From the human T2T-CHM13v2.0 reference genome, Homo sapiens, in assembly GCF_009914755.1 (NCBI RefSeq), contig NC_060948.1: 64,000 bases of DNA; one strand, given 5' to 3'. Of this stretch, positions 63,001 through 64,000 are shown one piece after another. The position numbers and the translations under genes are program-made. The notes beneath the pieces are model-generated. The model was given only the letters and a program-made list of their open reading frames with translations, was not told the DNA's origin and did no database searches. Position 1 is the stretch's first letter; the number at the start of each line of letters is the position of its first letter.

Positions 63001-64000
63001 TGAATCGAATGGAATCGAATGGATTGGAAAGGAATAGAATGGAATGGAATGGAATGGACTCAAATGGAATGTACTAGAATGGAATGGATTCGAATGGAAG
63101 GCAAAGGAATGGAATCTATTGGAATGGACTGTAATGGAATGGAATGGAAGGGATTGGAATGGACTCGAATGGAATGGACTGCAATAGACAGGATTCGAAT
63201 GGAATGAAAAAGAATTGAATGGAATAGAACAGAATGGAATCAAATCGAATGAAATGGAATGGAATAGAAAGGAATGGAATGAAATGGAATGGAAAGGATT
63301 CGAATGGAATGCAATCGAATGGAATGGAATCGAACGGAATGGAATAAAATTGAAGAAAACTGGCAAGAAATGGAATCGAAATGAATGGAGTGTTATGGAA
63401 CGGACTCAAAAGGAATTGAATGTAATAGAATGGAGTGGAGTGGACTCGAATATAATGGACTGGAATGGAATGAAATCACATGGAATGGGAACGAATGGAA
63501 TGGAATGGAAAGGAATGGAATCGAATGGAAAGGAATCGAATGGAAGGGAATGAAATTGAATCAACACGAATGGAAGGGAATAGAATAGACTGTAATGGAA
63601 TGGACTCGAATAGAATGGACACGAATGCTCAAATTAAATGGACTCGAATGGAATGGAAACGAAAGGAATGTCACCGAATGGAATTGAATCGATTGGAATG
63701 AAATCGCATAGAATGGAGTGGAATCAAATGGAATTGAATCGAAAGGAAAGGAAGCGAATGGACTGAAATGAAATGGAATGGAATTGAATGGAAAGTAATG
63801 CAATGGAATAGAATGGAACGAAATTTCACGGAATGGAATCAAACTGAATGGAATCAAATCAATGGAATCAAATCAAATGGAATGGAAAGGAATTGAATGG
63901 AGTAGATGGGATTGGATGGGATTGGAATGAAATGTACTGGAAAGGACTCGAATTTCATGAAACGGAATGGAATGAATTGGAACGGAATGGACTCGAATGG

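Noticed and set aside
12783-63857. Hundreds of MEWNG- and FHSIP-type ORFs, up to 371 aa (44636-45751)
   Set aside because: Pure (GGAAT)n and (ATTCC)n contain no stop codon in any frame, so long open frames are expected. ORF boundaries shift from unit to unit with point mutations.

Overview
The window is entirely non-coding primate (almost certainly human) satellite DNA spanning a boundary between two arrays. Positions 1-12732 are a ~2.4-kb composite tandem repeat: a minus-strand diverged Alu, a ~570-bp HSATI-type segment and a ~1.5-kb extremely AT-rich block. This matches DYZ2/HSat1B. Positions 12732-64000 are a (GGAAT)n-derived satellite with a ~3.55-kb higher-order unit; three landmark spacings are exactly 3564 bp, matching DYZ1/HSat3. 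Alternating DYZ2/DYZ1 arrays are characteristic of human Yq12 heterochromatin. No protein-coding gene, RNA gene or CRISPR array is supported, and the ORF track is an artefact of translating low-complexity repeats. I found no new gene-based system. The points of interest are structural and regulatory: a base-resolvable array junction, a ~1.13-kb DYZ2 deletion, a 680-bp DYZ1 deletion, a ~961-bp DYZ1 duplication between two internal look-alike motifs, blocks of shared variants recording local amplification, a probable relic Alu target-site signature, and three perfect heat-shock elements per DYZ1 unit. All comparisons were made by eye, so coordinates may be off by a few bases.
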